From Vitrella brassicaformis CCMP3155 (taxonomy: Eukaryota; Protista; Chromerida): a DNA stretch of 43,921 bases. Under the pieces are notes generated by a model. It saw only the letters and a program-made list of their open reading frames with translations, had not been told where the DNA came from and searched no databases. The translations under genes and the position numbers were made by a program. Below, piece after piece: positions 1 through 11,059 of the stretch. Numbering within the stretch: the stretch's first letter is position 1; each line of letters starts with the position of its first letter. The stretch is from NCBI GenBank assembly GCA_001179505.1, contig CDMY01000605.1:1-43921 (forward strand), read 5' to 3'.

Positions 1-2895
1 GTACACAAGCATGTGTACAACAGAGATGGATGTTGTGTGGACCGGAGAGGAGTTGGTGTGTCATTCAATCCTGACGCACCGACCTGTTGCAACTCGGTGT
101 TCTTTCGCTTGGCGTTTTCCTCGCCTCGCTTGTGCTCGTTGACTTGCCGCTTCACAGTGGCGAGCTCAGCCTCCTTCTCCTCATACCGCTCTTGCAACTT
201 CTTGTACTCTTCTGTGTCCATCGTGTTGCTCAGCCTCCTCAAGTCCTGACACCGACCAACCAAAGGGGACGAAACAAAAACAGCGAACAGACTCGTGTCT
301 CTTGTGTGCGCTTGCTGAATGCGTGCGTACCTCGTTGGCGTTCCGCAGCTGCTTCTGCAGCCGATCGACCTCCTCCTGCAGTTCCTCGATGAACTGCTGC
401 TCGCCGACGCTCATTCTCTGCCGAGAGCTGGTAATCAGCGACCCTCTGCGAGAAGAAGGGCCCTTCTCTCTGGGCTCCTCCTCCTGACGTGCCTTGTCAA
501 TGGACTCCGTCAGGAGGAGGAGTCTTCCCATTGACAGTAGTCCGCTGTCCATTGTCGCGAACGCACTCTTCCGTCGCTGCTGCGAGTACCGACCTCTGGG
601 CTTCTCCTCCTGACATGCCTTGTCACTCTCGTCGCTCTCCATTGACTCCATCTGTCGCTCGTAGCTCTCCGATATCTCGTCGAGGCTTCCCATTGACAGT
701 AGTCCGCTGTCCGTTGTCGCGAACGCACTCTTCCGTCGCTGCTGCGAGGACCGACCCGAGGCGTCAAGCCTCTGCCCGGGGCTGCGGTCCATGGAGACGA
801 GCACCTGTTGGCGAAACTGCTCATTCTCACTCAGCAGCTGTGCGAGCTCTTCATTGGCAGCACCAGAGGCAGAGGCTGCCGACTCTCGGCGGCTTGCGGC
901 TGACTCTCCTTGAGACGACGTGAATGACTGCGAGAGGCCGCCGTGCGAAGCCCCGCTGCCCTGCCGAGACGGCACACCAGTGGTGATAGCCCTGCGCATG
1001 GCATCGAGGTCGCTGTGGCCGCTGGAATCCACGAAAGGAAAGGCGCCGCCGTGCTGACTGCTGGAGGACACGACCTCACTCGTCCCTGCCCCGATGTCGC
1101 TGCCACTCCTTCCCAGACTCAGTCGAACACCCTTTCGCGGCGAGGGGCTGCCTGCTGTCGAGACGGTGAGGGGCTCTCGTTCAGAGGGGCTGAGGGTCGA
1201 TGGCCTGCCCTTCAATGCTCGCCCAGGGAGGAGACCCTCGTATCGGTTCTTGACGTCGTCATATTTCCCCATGTAGCGCGCCGCGCTCTCGCCCATGAGG
1301 CGATCGTCTGCGTCGAAATCATCGTCATCGCTCTCCTGCAGACAACACAGCACACATACGCAGAGAGGGAGAGAGAGGTCCAGTCGATCTCTTTCCCTCA
1401 GTCCTGTGTGTGCGTCACAGTGCGGCGCACCTGTCTGTCCGTGTCCTGCCGTTTGTGTGTGGTGGGGGCTGCCACTGCGGCCATATCGCGGCACCACTCG
1501 CCATCACCGTCACTCGCACTGCTGGCACTGCTGCTGCCTCCCTTGCCTGCAGCATCAAGACCGGGCGTTGCTGCTGCGGCTGCTGCCACTTGGTCTGGCG
1601 GGTAGTTGCGATCACGCTCCTGAGAGCACCACAACACACACACACACACACACACTTTTTCACGACTGTGTGGATGTGAGGATGAGTGACGGTCTGTGTG
1701 CCTACCTCGTGGACCTCCTTCAGGTTGAGCTTGGGAAGGGCTGGCGGGGGCAGCGAGGGGCTCCGCTGGTGGCGGTTGTGGTGCACAGGGCGGGGGAGGA
1801 AATGGACCTGACGGTACACACATACACAGACACACAGGTAAGAGTGGATCTGTGTGTGCGCCCTGCCCTGCCGTGCAGTGCCGTGCCTACGTCCTCGAAA
1901 TCTTCCTCGTCATCTGATTGACCAACACACAGACAGTCAGATAAAAGGTGACTGACAGATGTGCATCAATCAACCATCCCCATCCGTCGGTGAGAGTGCG
2001 ATGCGTACCGCTGAGTGGCTGCAGGCGGTGTGGTGAGGCCATCAAAACTCCTGCCAACGCCCCGGCCTCGTATCATCGCTGAAGCCACCAAACCAGGTGG
2101 CAGTGGGCCACAAGCGCACACACACAGGACAGGCAAGAGATGATTGGCGTGGGGTTGGCGGGGGTCGGGGGTGCGGTGAAATGGGTACCTTGTTCTCTTG
2201 TTGGCGCGTTTGCGTAGCTCGTCTGTCTCCGTCGTCTTGTCGAGGATATCCTCAGTCTGGCGGCTGATCTTGCTCTTGAGATGCCGCTCGCGCAACCTGG
2301 TGACACACACAACGAGATAGAGATGGAGTCAGTGGAGTGACTGTGTGGGTTCTCTCTCGGCTGCTAGATGGTCGGCTGACCGTGCTGCACTTAGCTGCTT
2401 CTCTGCCACCTCCAAAATTCCATCCCCTGCCGCGTTGCGATAGTGGAATCCCTCGCCGTGGCACTCAATGGCCAATCCACAGCCGCCATGCGCGTCGATC
2501 GTGGTGGTCTCGGTGCTCCGCTGTGGCTGGTAATTGTTGTTGTCCTTGTCGTTGTGGGGCCTGTGCATCAGTCCGATGCCGAGACGGGCCAGCTCCTGTG
2601 GTCCAAGCACCATGCCGTCATAAAGGGCATCGGCGAATCTCTGGAACGTGAAACAGTGGGGACGCTCCCGCCACCCGGGCTGCTCCTCTCTCTCCACCTC
2701 CCGCCGATCCCGCCGCGCCGCCATGCGCTTCTGGGCCCGCTGTTGCTGCTGCGCTCGTGTCTCCGCCTTCATGCCATTGGGAGTCTCCTTCTCCTTTTCC
2801 TTAGTTGCAAATGTGCCCGGGTATTTCCGCCTCAGGGTCGTGTCGATGTTCACCATGCTGTGCCGCAGGTCGTCCACCGATGGAACGGTGGTCAT
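1..2895 (-). CDS. Multi-exon coiled-coil/low-complexity protein of unknown function; 3' end runs off the window
   Basis: First ATG at 2895 (MTTVPSVDD...). Approximate exons with GT-AG borders: 2340-2895, 2188-2298 (LRERHLKSKISRQTEDILDK), 1706-1808, 1431-1620, 332-1335 (ESDDDDF...EELQEEVDRLQKQLRNANE) and 43-246 (DLRRLSNTMDTEEYKKLQERYEEKEAELATVKRQ). Heptad-like E/K/Q/L runs lie in the 3' exons. Small exons between 1810 and 2190 are not resolved. Confidence 0.7.
524..756. repeat. Intragenic 71-bp direct repeat (524-594 / 686-756, period 162 bp = 54 codons)
   Basis: CTTCCCATTGACAGTAGTCCGCTGTCC[A/G]TTGTCGCGAACGCACTCTTCCGTCGCTGCTGCGAG[T/G]ACCGACC occurs twice with 2 mismatches and encodes SQQRRKSAFAT(T/M)DSGLLSMG twice. 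Confidence 0.95.
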
Positions 2896-3369
2896 GTTTC
2901 GATAGGGAAGGGGGTGCACGCTGTGTGACGGAAGTCGACCGTTGGGTATCGTTGGAAACGTTTGTTATTGTTGTGGCGATGACCAGTACTTGCTGGGCTT
3001 TGCAAATGCCTTGCAGCCTGCCTGAGTACAACTTGAATCCTCGTCTACCCCCCACTTAGCCCCCAACCTTGCGAGCTTGCATGCATTGCCCGTCGCTTCC
3101 ATTTCGGTGCACGTGCGCCGTCTTCGCAACTGCCTTGCTGGCCTGGCAACACGGTATTGGCCGAATACACCGACCAGCTTTCCTTCGGATGTGTGTAAAT
3201 CTGTGGGCCGGACTTTCTGAGGACTGACGCGTACATGTATAGCGCCAGATTTCGTTCAGACTTGGCAAGCCGACAGAGGCCTCGTGATCAGATCACCTCG
3301 AGCCATGTCGGACAATAAAGATCTCGCGGTTTGACGCGACTTCCGAATCGGCGAAATAGGTGTGGCGAG

Positions 3370-5474
3370 ATGCCGAAGCGTAGCGTGGAGGAGATCTGCG
3401 AGAGCATCGCCATCACGGGCATCCCGTCGTCACAAGACTTCGGCCAGCGGCCCATCAAGCTGTACGTGTCCAGCGAGGCCACGAAAGAGGAGGACAACGA
3501 GTGCCGCGCCACGTTCGTGCTGTTCGAGGCGCATGGGCTCACCTTCTACCTGGTGCGCATCGCGAAGAAACCATGGAAGCGTGGCGTTTGCAATGGACGC
3601 GGCTGCTTTTGGTGATGTGTTGGTGTGGATGTGTGTTGCAGATAGACATCTGCAACTATGACAAGGTGCAGCTGGTACAGGGGCTGAAGGAACTGATCGC
3701 ACTGAGGACCAACCCCAAGCCGTCGTCCTTCAGAATTCCATACGTGGTGCGCCTTCCCGCCCGCCCATTCATCCATCTCAACTCACATATGGAGCTTCAT
3801 GGATGGCATGGATGTGATGTGATTTTGGTATCTGCTGCAGTTCGTAGGCGACGTACCGATTGGCGGCTTCGACCACATAGAAAAGCTGGAAAGACACTGT
3901 ATATATACCCCACCACACACACATCCATGCATCCATCCATCCATCCATCCATCCACCCTGCCGTCATGTTGTCATTGTCTGGGCGGGTTGGTGTTTGGCA
4001 GGCAACCTGCTGAAGGAGCTGTTCTTCGCCGGAGCATGGTACTTCACCGACAAGCGCCCCGACCGGCCCCCCTCCCCCTCCCCACCGTCTCCGGTCCTCT
4101 CTCCCCTGCCGCCCGCAGTGTGCCAGCCGTCGCCCGAGCCACCCAGCGAGACTACCGGCACTGGCACGCTGCGCCAGCCCGACTCGCCATCGGCCCTCCT
4201 GCGGCGACCGGCCAAGGTCACAATGCACACACAGACATGAAGGTGGATTGATGGATGTGGATGGATGTGTGTGTGTTGGTGGTGGTGCAGGGTAAGGCGA
4301 AGTGGCGGCCAGTGTCCCCGACGAAGGCCAAGGCTGGGTCACAGCAGCAGCAGCAGGGGGGCGCTAGTGGGGCGCTGCTGGCCAAGGGGGAGAGGGAGAA
4401 GGGCAAGAGGGAGAGGGGTAACGAGGCTGAGAAGAATAGGGCGGAAAACAATGATGCGGGGGCTGGGGCGGGCGCAGGTGGTGGTGGGGGTGGGGGTGAG
4501 AAGGTGTGGATGAGGTCACAGAAGAACAACCTGTTCCGCGAAGACACCCCTATGGAGGTCACACAGAGGGAAGCCGAAAGGCTGGAGGAAATGGTGGGTG
4601 CGGCCAGCCGACAAACAAATAAGAAAAGACGAGTCTCATCCATCCTCTTTTGCTTTCACGTTCTGATGTTCCACCACGCATGCAGGGGTTTGTGCGAGGT
4701 GCGCCGCCACCAGGTGTAGCAGCAGCTGCAGCTGCTGCTGCTGCTGCTGCTGCCGGTGGTACTGGTGAGGCTGACAGAGTGGTAGACAAAGGGGGAGAGG
4801 GGGAGGGAGAGGGGGAGGGGGAGGGGGAGGAAGAGGGAGAGGCCGACGACCCACACCAGCAGCAACAGCCACCGATACAGCCAAACGAACCGTACGCATG
4901 ACGCGGGAGGGAGCAGACAACGAGCCATATGTGTGTGTCTCTGCCTCTCCTTCTCTGTGTGTGTGTGTGTGTGCAGAGAGGGGTCGTCCAAGTTCGTTGA
5001 GCATTTCGACTGGCAGGCCGTGACCACTTTCCACGACCTTAGGGTGCTCACCAAGGCAAGCCCTCAATCACAGGCACACAGACCATCCAGGTCTGTTATG
5101 TGTGGTGTGCAGAAGGGTGTGCGGCCGCCCGGCGTGCCGCCCAACTGGAAGGAGGCCTTCCTGATAGACGCTGTGAGGGAGAGACGCACAGATAGGAACA
5201 AGATAGCACCAAACAAGCGTGTGTCTGGGGTGTGTGGGGGGTGTGTGTGTGTGTGTGTGCGTGTGTGTGTTTGCAGTCATTTGTTGAGGTGTTTGGGATG
5301 TCCAAGGCGCAGTTCTACACCTTGCCGTGAGTGTGCACCGATCAACGGATGGATGGATGGATGGATGCCGTCTCTCTCCCTCTCTCGCTGTGTGTGTGGT
5401 GTGGTGTGGTGTGGTGTGGTGCGTGCAGCAAGTGGAAGCAGCAGACCATCAAGAAGAGGGTCAACTTGTTTTGA
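3370..5474 (+). CDS. Protein with a C-terminal villin headpiece (F-actin-binding type) and an unrecognised N-terminal domain
   Basis: ATG at 3370 (MPKRSVEEIC...). The last exons splice to GVRPPGVPPNWKEAFLIDA|SFVEVFGMSKAQFYTLP|KWKQQTIKKRVNLF*, with TGA at 5472-5474. This matches the villin headpiece consensus F..VFGM....F..LP.WKQ..LKK...LF. The middle is Pro/Ala/Gly/Glu-rich. Some internal splice sites are approximate. Confidence 0.85.
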
Positions 5475-6950
5475 TGGATGGATGGATGGAGCATTGCCGG
5501 GGCGGCATCGGGCATTGGACAGAAAAACTGACTGATTGGCCCCCAACCACACACTCAGTCGTGTTGGTTGAGTCGACGGACGGTAGATGCGGATGCAGCT
5601 GCAGATGTATGTGCGTGTGGCCTGCTGCGTCATCAATCAGTACCTACGACGTACGCCTTCAAGGCAACAAATGTACCAGCACACACACACACACACACAC
5701 ACATGCACACACACAGATGCATGTCCGTCCTGATCCATACATTCGAGCACTCGGACACCAGAAAACAACAAAACCACTCATCCACAGAGAAGGGAGTCTC
5801 CCGAGTGCCCGCCTGCCTGCCTGCCTGCGTAATGGTTAGATAAAGGTCACCATCGATGAAGGAAACAAAAGGAAAAGAAAAGAAACGAACGCAACGAAGA
5901 TAGGCGAAGCGAGCCACAAAGGGGGAGAATCGGGGGGCAGGCAGCCTCTCACCCACCCATCAACAAACAGACATGTGTCGGTCGACAGACACACCACAGC
6001 ACGGCATACACAGCAATCCAGCGCGTCAGCGCAGCTCAGTCAGTCACTCACTCCCTCCCTCCCTCACTCGATCACCTACCTATGAAAAAGAGCTATCCAT
6101 TTCCCAGCAACCAGTGCGTGTGTGTATGTGCATCATCAGCCCCGCCGCCCCGCCACCCTCTATGTCAACCGCACCGCGCTAGTACCATCTATGTGTGTAT
6201 GTATGTGTAAGGACACAACACCTCTGTCTGCTCGCTCGCCTATGCACACCCACAAGTCACTGAATGTCAGTCACTCTCCCACCAAAAAGGTGTTGTATGT
6301 ATGTTCTGCGAACTTGGTGGCGGAAAACCAAGCGCCTCTCCCTCCCTCCCTCCCTCCTATGCGGACTGACTAAAATGACAATGGTCTCGCCACTCCCCCA
6401 CACACATGCGGGTGCACGTGTGCGATGAGGGGCGAGAGGTTCAGCAAAAATACCCACACAGAGTACATACATGTACATGTTTGTGTGTACGTGAGAATGT
6501 GTGTACGTATGTGCATGTGTGTGTGTAGGTTTGCGGATTGTCCTCCATCACCGTCAAGAAATAAAGCTCTACAAATAACCATCAACAGTGTGCCAATGGC
6601 CCCTGTGAGAGAGGGAGGGCACCTACGAACCACAAACCCGCAATCAACTCCACAGAAATTGCGCACTCACGCCGCCCCATCCAACCATGTAGAGCCACCA
6701 GTCAGTCGTGCACATCTATGGCTGTGTGTATGTATGCACCACACACACACATACACATACACATCGCCCCCCCCCACCCATCCATCGTCATCCTTCTATG
6801 CACACAAAGAGAGGGAGGGGAGGGGACGGTGGCCACTGCATCCAGGCAGACACACAGACAGACAGCGGGACCTTCACCACTGGTCCCTCCTCCCACACAC
6901 ACACACCCCACCAAAAAGACCGCCGCCGCCACAGACAGGCGGTCAGGCGC

Positions 6951-7461
6951 TCACACACCATCCACCACCTTCAGCACGATCCTCTCCCTCTCCCTCTCCA
7001 TCTCTCCCTCCCCCTCTCCCCCATTGGCCTCCTCCGACCCGTGCTTAGTCGCGTTGTCATTATCGTCACCACCAAAACACGAGAGGGCCGACTGTTCGCT
7101 TCTCGAGCTGACCACAGGCAGCTCGGGGAGCTCTAATTCGGGCTCGGGTGCGCCTGAGCCGTTGTTGCTCCGGTCGTTGTCCGACATGAAGCTGTCGAGA
7201 CGGCAGTGCCGCGCAGTGAAGGAGGGGAACGCGCTGGCCGCTTGGTTGTGGGGGTGCGAGTGGGGGTGGGAGTCGGACACTTTGGCTGCCTTTGTCTTCT
7301 TCAGGTTGGCGAGACCTGATTGACACAGACAGGGGGGAGGGGGAACAGGTGTGTGTTGGGATGGGTGTGTTTGGGTGGTGTGTTGGCTTACGGGTCTGTT
7401 TCTGGATCTCTTCCATCGAGGAGAGCTCTTTCTTCACCACATAGAACCCTCTGAGACACAC

Positions 7462-7493
<32 letters not shown>

Positions 7494-9899
7494 GTCGACC
7501 ATGACCAATTGCAGGAGAAATGGTGGACGTGATGTGGCCCGTTGACGCACCCCGGTCGAGTGAGGAAGGCGTAGAGGATGCCGCAGCCCTCCATGAGACC
7601 CCACAGAGGTATCAGAGCCACAGTGAAGGCGACATACAAAATGTAGGTGAGCCACCCCTGCCGCCGTGGGCTGAAGTTGAAGATCGCACCCCACAGGTAC
7701 GCCCACATGAATGCACCCTGCACACACACACAACACACAACACACAAACACACATGTCCGTGTGCGAGGAACCGGCGGCCGCGCCTTTCCCTCTCTCCCT
7801 CTGTCTCTCTGTGTGTGTGTGTGTGTGTGTTGGGGGGGAGGTTGTTGGGTGTGTGTACCTGGTAGGCGCATTGAATGGCCATCATAAAGAGTGTGCGTGG
7901 GTATGGGAGGTATAAGAAGAAGTTGAGCAGACCCAACACCGCCCACACAGGCAGCAACGACCAGAACGACAGCACGATCAGCAGCACTGAGACCCCCCCC
8001 CCCCCCCCCNNNNNNNNNNNNNNNNNNNNNNNNNNNNNNNNNNNNNNNNNNNNNNNNNNNNNNNNNNNNNNNNNNNNNNNNNNNNNNNNNNNNNNNNNNN
8101 NNNNNNNNNNNNNNNNNNNNNNNNNNNNNNNNNNNNNNNNNNNNNNNNNNNNNNNNNNNNNNNNNNNNNNNNNNNNNNNNNNNNNNNNNNNNNNNNNNNN
8201 NNNNNNNNNNNNNNNNNNNNNNNNNNNNNNNNNNNNNNNNNNNNNNNNNNNNNNNNNNNNNNNNNNNNNNNNNNNNNNNNNNNNNNNNNNNNNNNNNNNN
8301 NNNNNNNNNCCCCCCCCCCCCCCCAACACACAGAGACCAGATGCATCCATCGTGTATGTGTGTGGGAGGCCATGGTGTGGCTGCTCGTGTGTGTGTGTGC
8401 GTATGCCTACGCGTTCGTGTTCGGAGTTTGAGGTCTCGCTTGAGTGCGGTGAGCCATAGCCCGTGGAACCACCGCCGCCGCTGCTTGAGGAAGTCCAGCA
8501 GGTCGAATGGCGACTTCTCCAGCATCACACCCTGATGGCACACACACAAGCAGACACACAGACATTCGTCCCCTGCACACACAGACACACACACACAGAG
8601 GCACCTACCGACACCCATCCGAATTTGCATTTCCGTTCGATTGCCTTGAGGACGTACACGGCGTCCTCAGTGATGGAGCCGTCCGGACCGAGATCCCACC
8701 CGCCGCCGCCGCGCTCAATCGACACCGGCATCACCACAAACGAACCTGACCAATGTGCAGATGGGATGTATGTGTGTAAACAAACAGGAAGGTCACGCAC
8801 CTTTCATGCCAAGGAGTGGTGCGCCGAGGGTGAAGTAGAGCCGGTGCTTGGTGTAGTCGTCTGTAATCTGCACACGGACGGCTGTCGGTAGTGGCGAGGT
8901 CAGTGCTGCAGCCTTCTTGTGTCGCGACCTCACCCTGAAGCTGTCGGCCATGGTCATCCATGGGTTGACAATCAGGTCTTGCCCGTACACTATCAGCCCG
9001 ATCCCTGCGCACACACACACGCACACACACACACACAACACAGAGATCGTTGCACACCCATGGCACACACATCACACCATCCCACGCCACACCACACCAC
9101 CTGACCTATTCTGTTTGGGTTGTCGTTGATGAACTGTGCGATGCCGTCGATGGATGACTCGTCGATCAGCGTCTCCTCATCCAGATGAACCACAATGTCG
9201 TCATCACCGAGAGTGGACATGCCATCTCTGTTAGCATAGTTGAGCGCCCTCGCCTTGTACAGCGTCCCCTTCTCTGTCCGGTAGTCGTCGGGCACCAGGA
9301 TCTCGTACACGCGCTCCGCAACCTCGAAGTGATCCTCACTGAACGAGCGAAATGACTGCCTGCACACACCATCCCCACCACCACACCACAGCACACACGC
9401 CGGCATCCATCCATGTGTGTGGATGAGAGGCATCAGAGCGCACCGAATGTCGAGAAATCGGTCGGTGACGACCTCGACAATCCATGGGAACGGGGCTCGG
9501 TCGAGGAGCTTGCCGATGTTGCGGGCGCAGGTCTCCCGCACTAGAGACGGATTCTCGCCCTTGGTCACCACCCTGCCAACCAAGAAATCATCACATGTGC
9601 ACATTTTGGCGGGATGTATGGTTTGTGAGGGCGTAGGCGCGTCACATTCACCTGAATGAGACGATTCGGCCTGCCATGCCGCCTGCGATTCTTCGGGGCG
9701 TCTTGCGCCCGAAACACACCGATGTAGGAAGGAAGAATCCCACCTGACACACACATTGACACCGACAGACAGACAGACAGACAGACAGACAGCAATCGCC
9801 ATGAGCACTCTCCCTGTCCATGTGTGTGTGTGTGTGTGTGTGTGTCTTGTCATGCGCACCGCCAAGTGAATGAAGAAGGGAAATATGGCCACGAACCTG

Positions 9900-9937
<38 letters not shown>

Positions 9938-10331
9938 CCACATCTACCAGCAATGACACTGCCTCCCCCTTCTGTGCGTGTGTACCAGACGAGGTGGAGG
10001 CAGGAGACGAACCACGAGACGGGCGTGAGGGTGAGTTCGTCGCACACCCCGTAGAACATGCACTTCTCGCCCCCGCGCATCTGAATGAATCCCCCAGTGC
10101 CATCTGAGGTTCATGCTGCAGTGTCCTGGAGGTTCTACGTCGCACTTACCCACAGCATAAAGAAGAAACACGTCGTCTGATCGATCAAGCAGCACACACA
10201 CACAGCAACACACAGCAACACACTTACAGCACAGCAGTGGCTGCCTCCCTCTCCGCCTGGTCAGTCATGCTTACGAGTCCCAAGAGGCCTCCCCAATACG
10301 CCAGCTGCCCAACCGGCCGCAGCGCAGCCAT
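6951..10331 (-). CDS. egh: GT2-family glycosyltransferase, egghead/BRE-3-like (beta-1,4-mannosyltransferase family)
   Basis: Spliced model from ATG 10331 (MAALRPVGQLAYWGGLLGL|TTCFFFMLW...). It contains SFRVVTKGENP, IVEVVTD, KGTLYKARALNY, IVVHLDEET, MADSFRV, DGSITED, EKSPFDLLDFLKQRRRW (QxxRW), a hydrophobic C-terminal region and GFYVVKK, collinear with Drosophila Egghead motifs as I recall them. Stop at 6951-6953. The symbol denotes family-level homology only. Confidence 0.9.
8010..8309. other. Assembly gap (300 N) flanked by poly-C, inside a glycosyltransferase intron
   Basis: Run of N. The flanking exons (ending 8411, starting 7986) join in frame as KLRTRT-LLLIVLSFW. Confidence 0.95.
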
Positions 10332-11059
10332 CGACGCAACAAGTGAACGTGCAGCGGCACCACCAGCACCAGCAGCCAATCACACGTGCCAACAAGTATG
10401 CAGCGCCATCACAGATCTACCGCATGACGCCTCTCGTGAACACCAGCTCTAGCGGCTCACGGGCACGGGGGACTCGACTACATTTCCAAGCCCTCCTCCT
10501 CTCACCTTCTCCAATCTCCAGGCTTAGCTCGCAGAGAATGGTTTCACGCGCAATTAGCGCCCTATGCGCTTACAGGGCGCGTACACGAGGGAGATTGGCT
10601 GTGGGCGGCTCCCCTCCGCCTCCCACCTCCTCACCTAGCCCCAGGGACGCGACGAGGAGGCATGCATGTGGGCTGACGCGGAGAGGGCCCATTCCCTGCT
10701 CACGAGCTGACCAACCTGGTGCTGAGAAGGCCATGAGGCGGCCATAGGAGGTGAGAAGACCACAGAGGCGTCGGGAGTGGTGAGGTTATCCGCGATTTCG
10801 GCTTCCCCTCTCCCTCCCACAGTCGCTTGGCGGTTCTTGGCGGTTCGGCTGACTGAGAAGGCTGGGAGAGGCTTGATTGTTTCTCGTGTATCGTGAGTTT
10901 TTGCCCCATGCTCATCGTCGCGGGTCGAGCGCTTCACAAAGCCGGTCGCGCTGGCTCGCCTTTTGTCGCCTCTCGCCGAAGCTGAGACCGCCCGTCGGCC
11001 CTCTCACCGAGTCACTGAGTCGTCAATCAAACAACAAAGCGCAGCACAGCATCAGCAGC

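Noticed and set aside
8010-8309. Missing exon hidden in the assembly gap
   Set aside because: The flanking exons join in frame and remain collinear with the Egghead family, so the gap is most simply intronic, although a small exon cannot be fully excluded.
10521-10590. tRNA-like sequence (TAGCTC plus hairpin GCGCCCT/AGGGCGC at 10557-10580)
   Set aside because: There is no T-arm GTTCRA motif, acceptor stem or cloverleaf; it is only a 7-bp inverted repeat.
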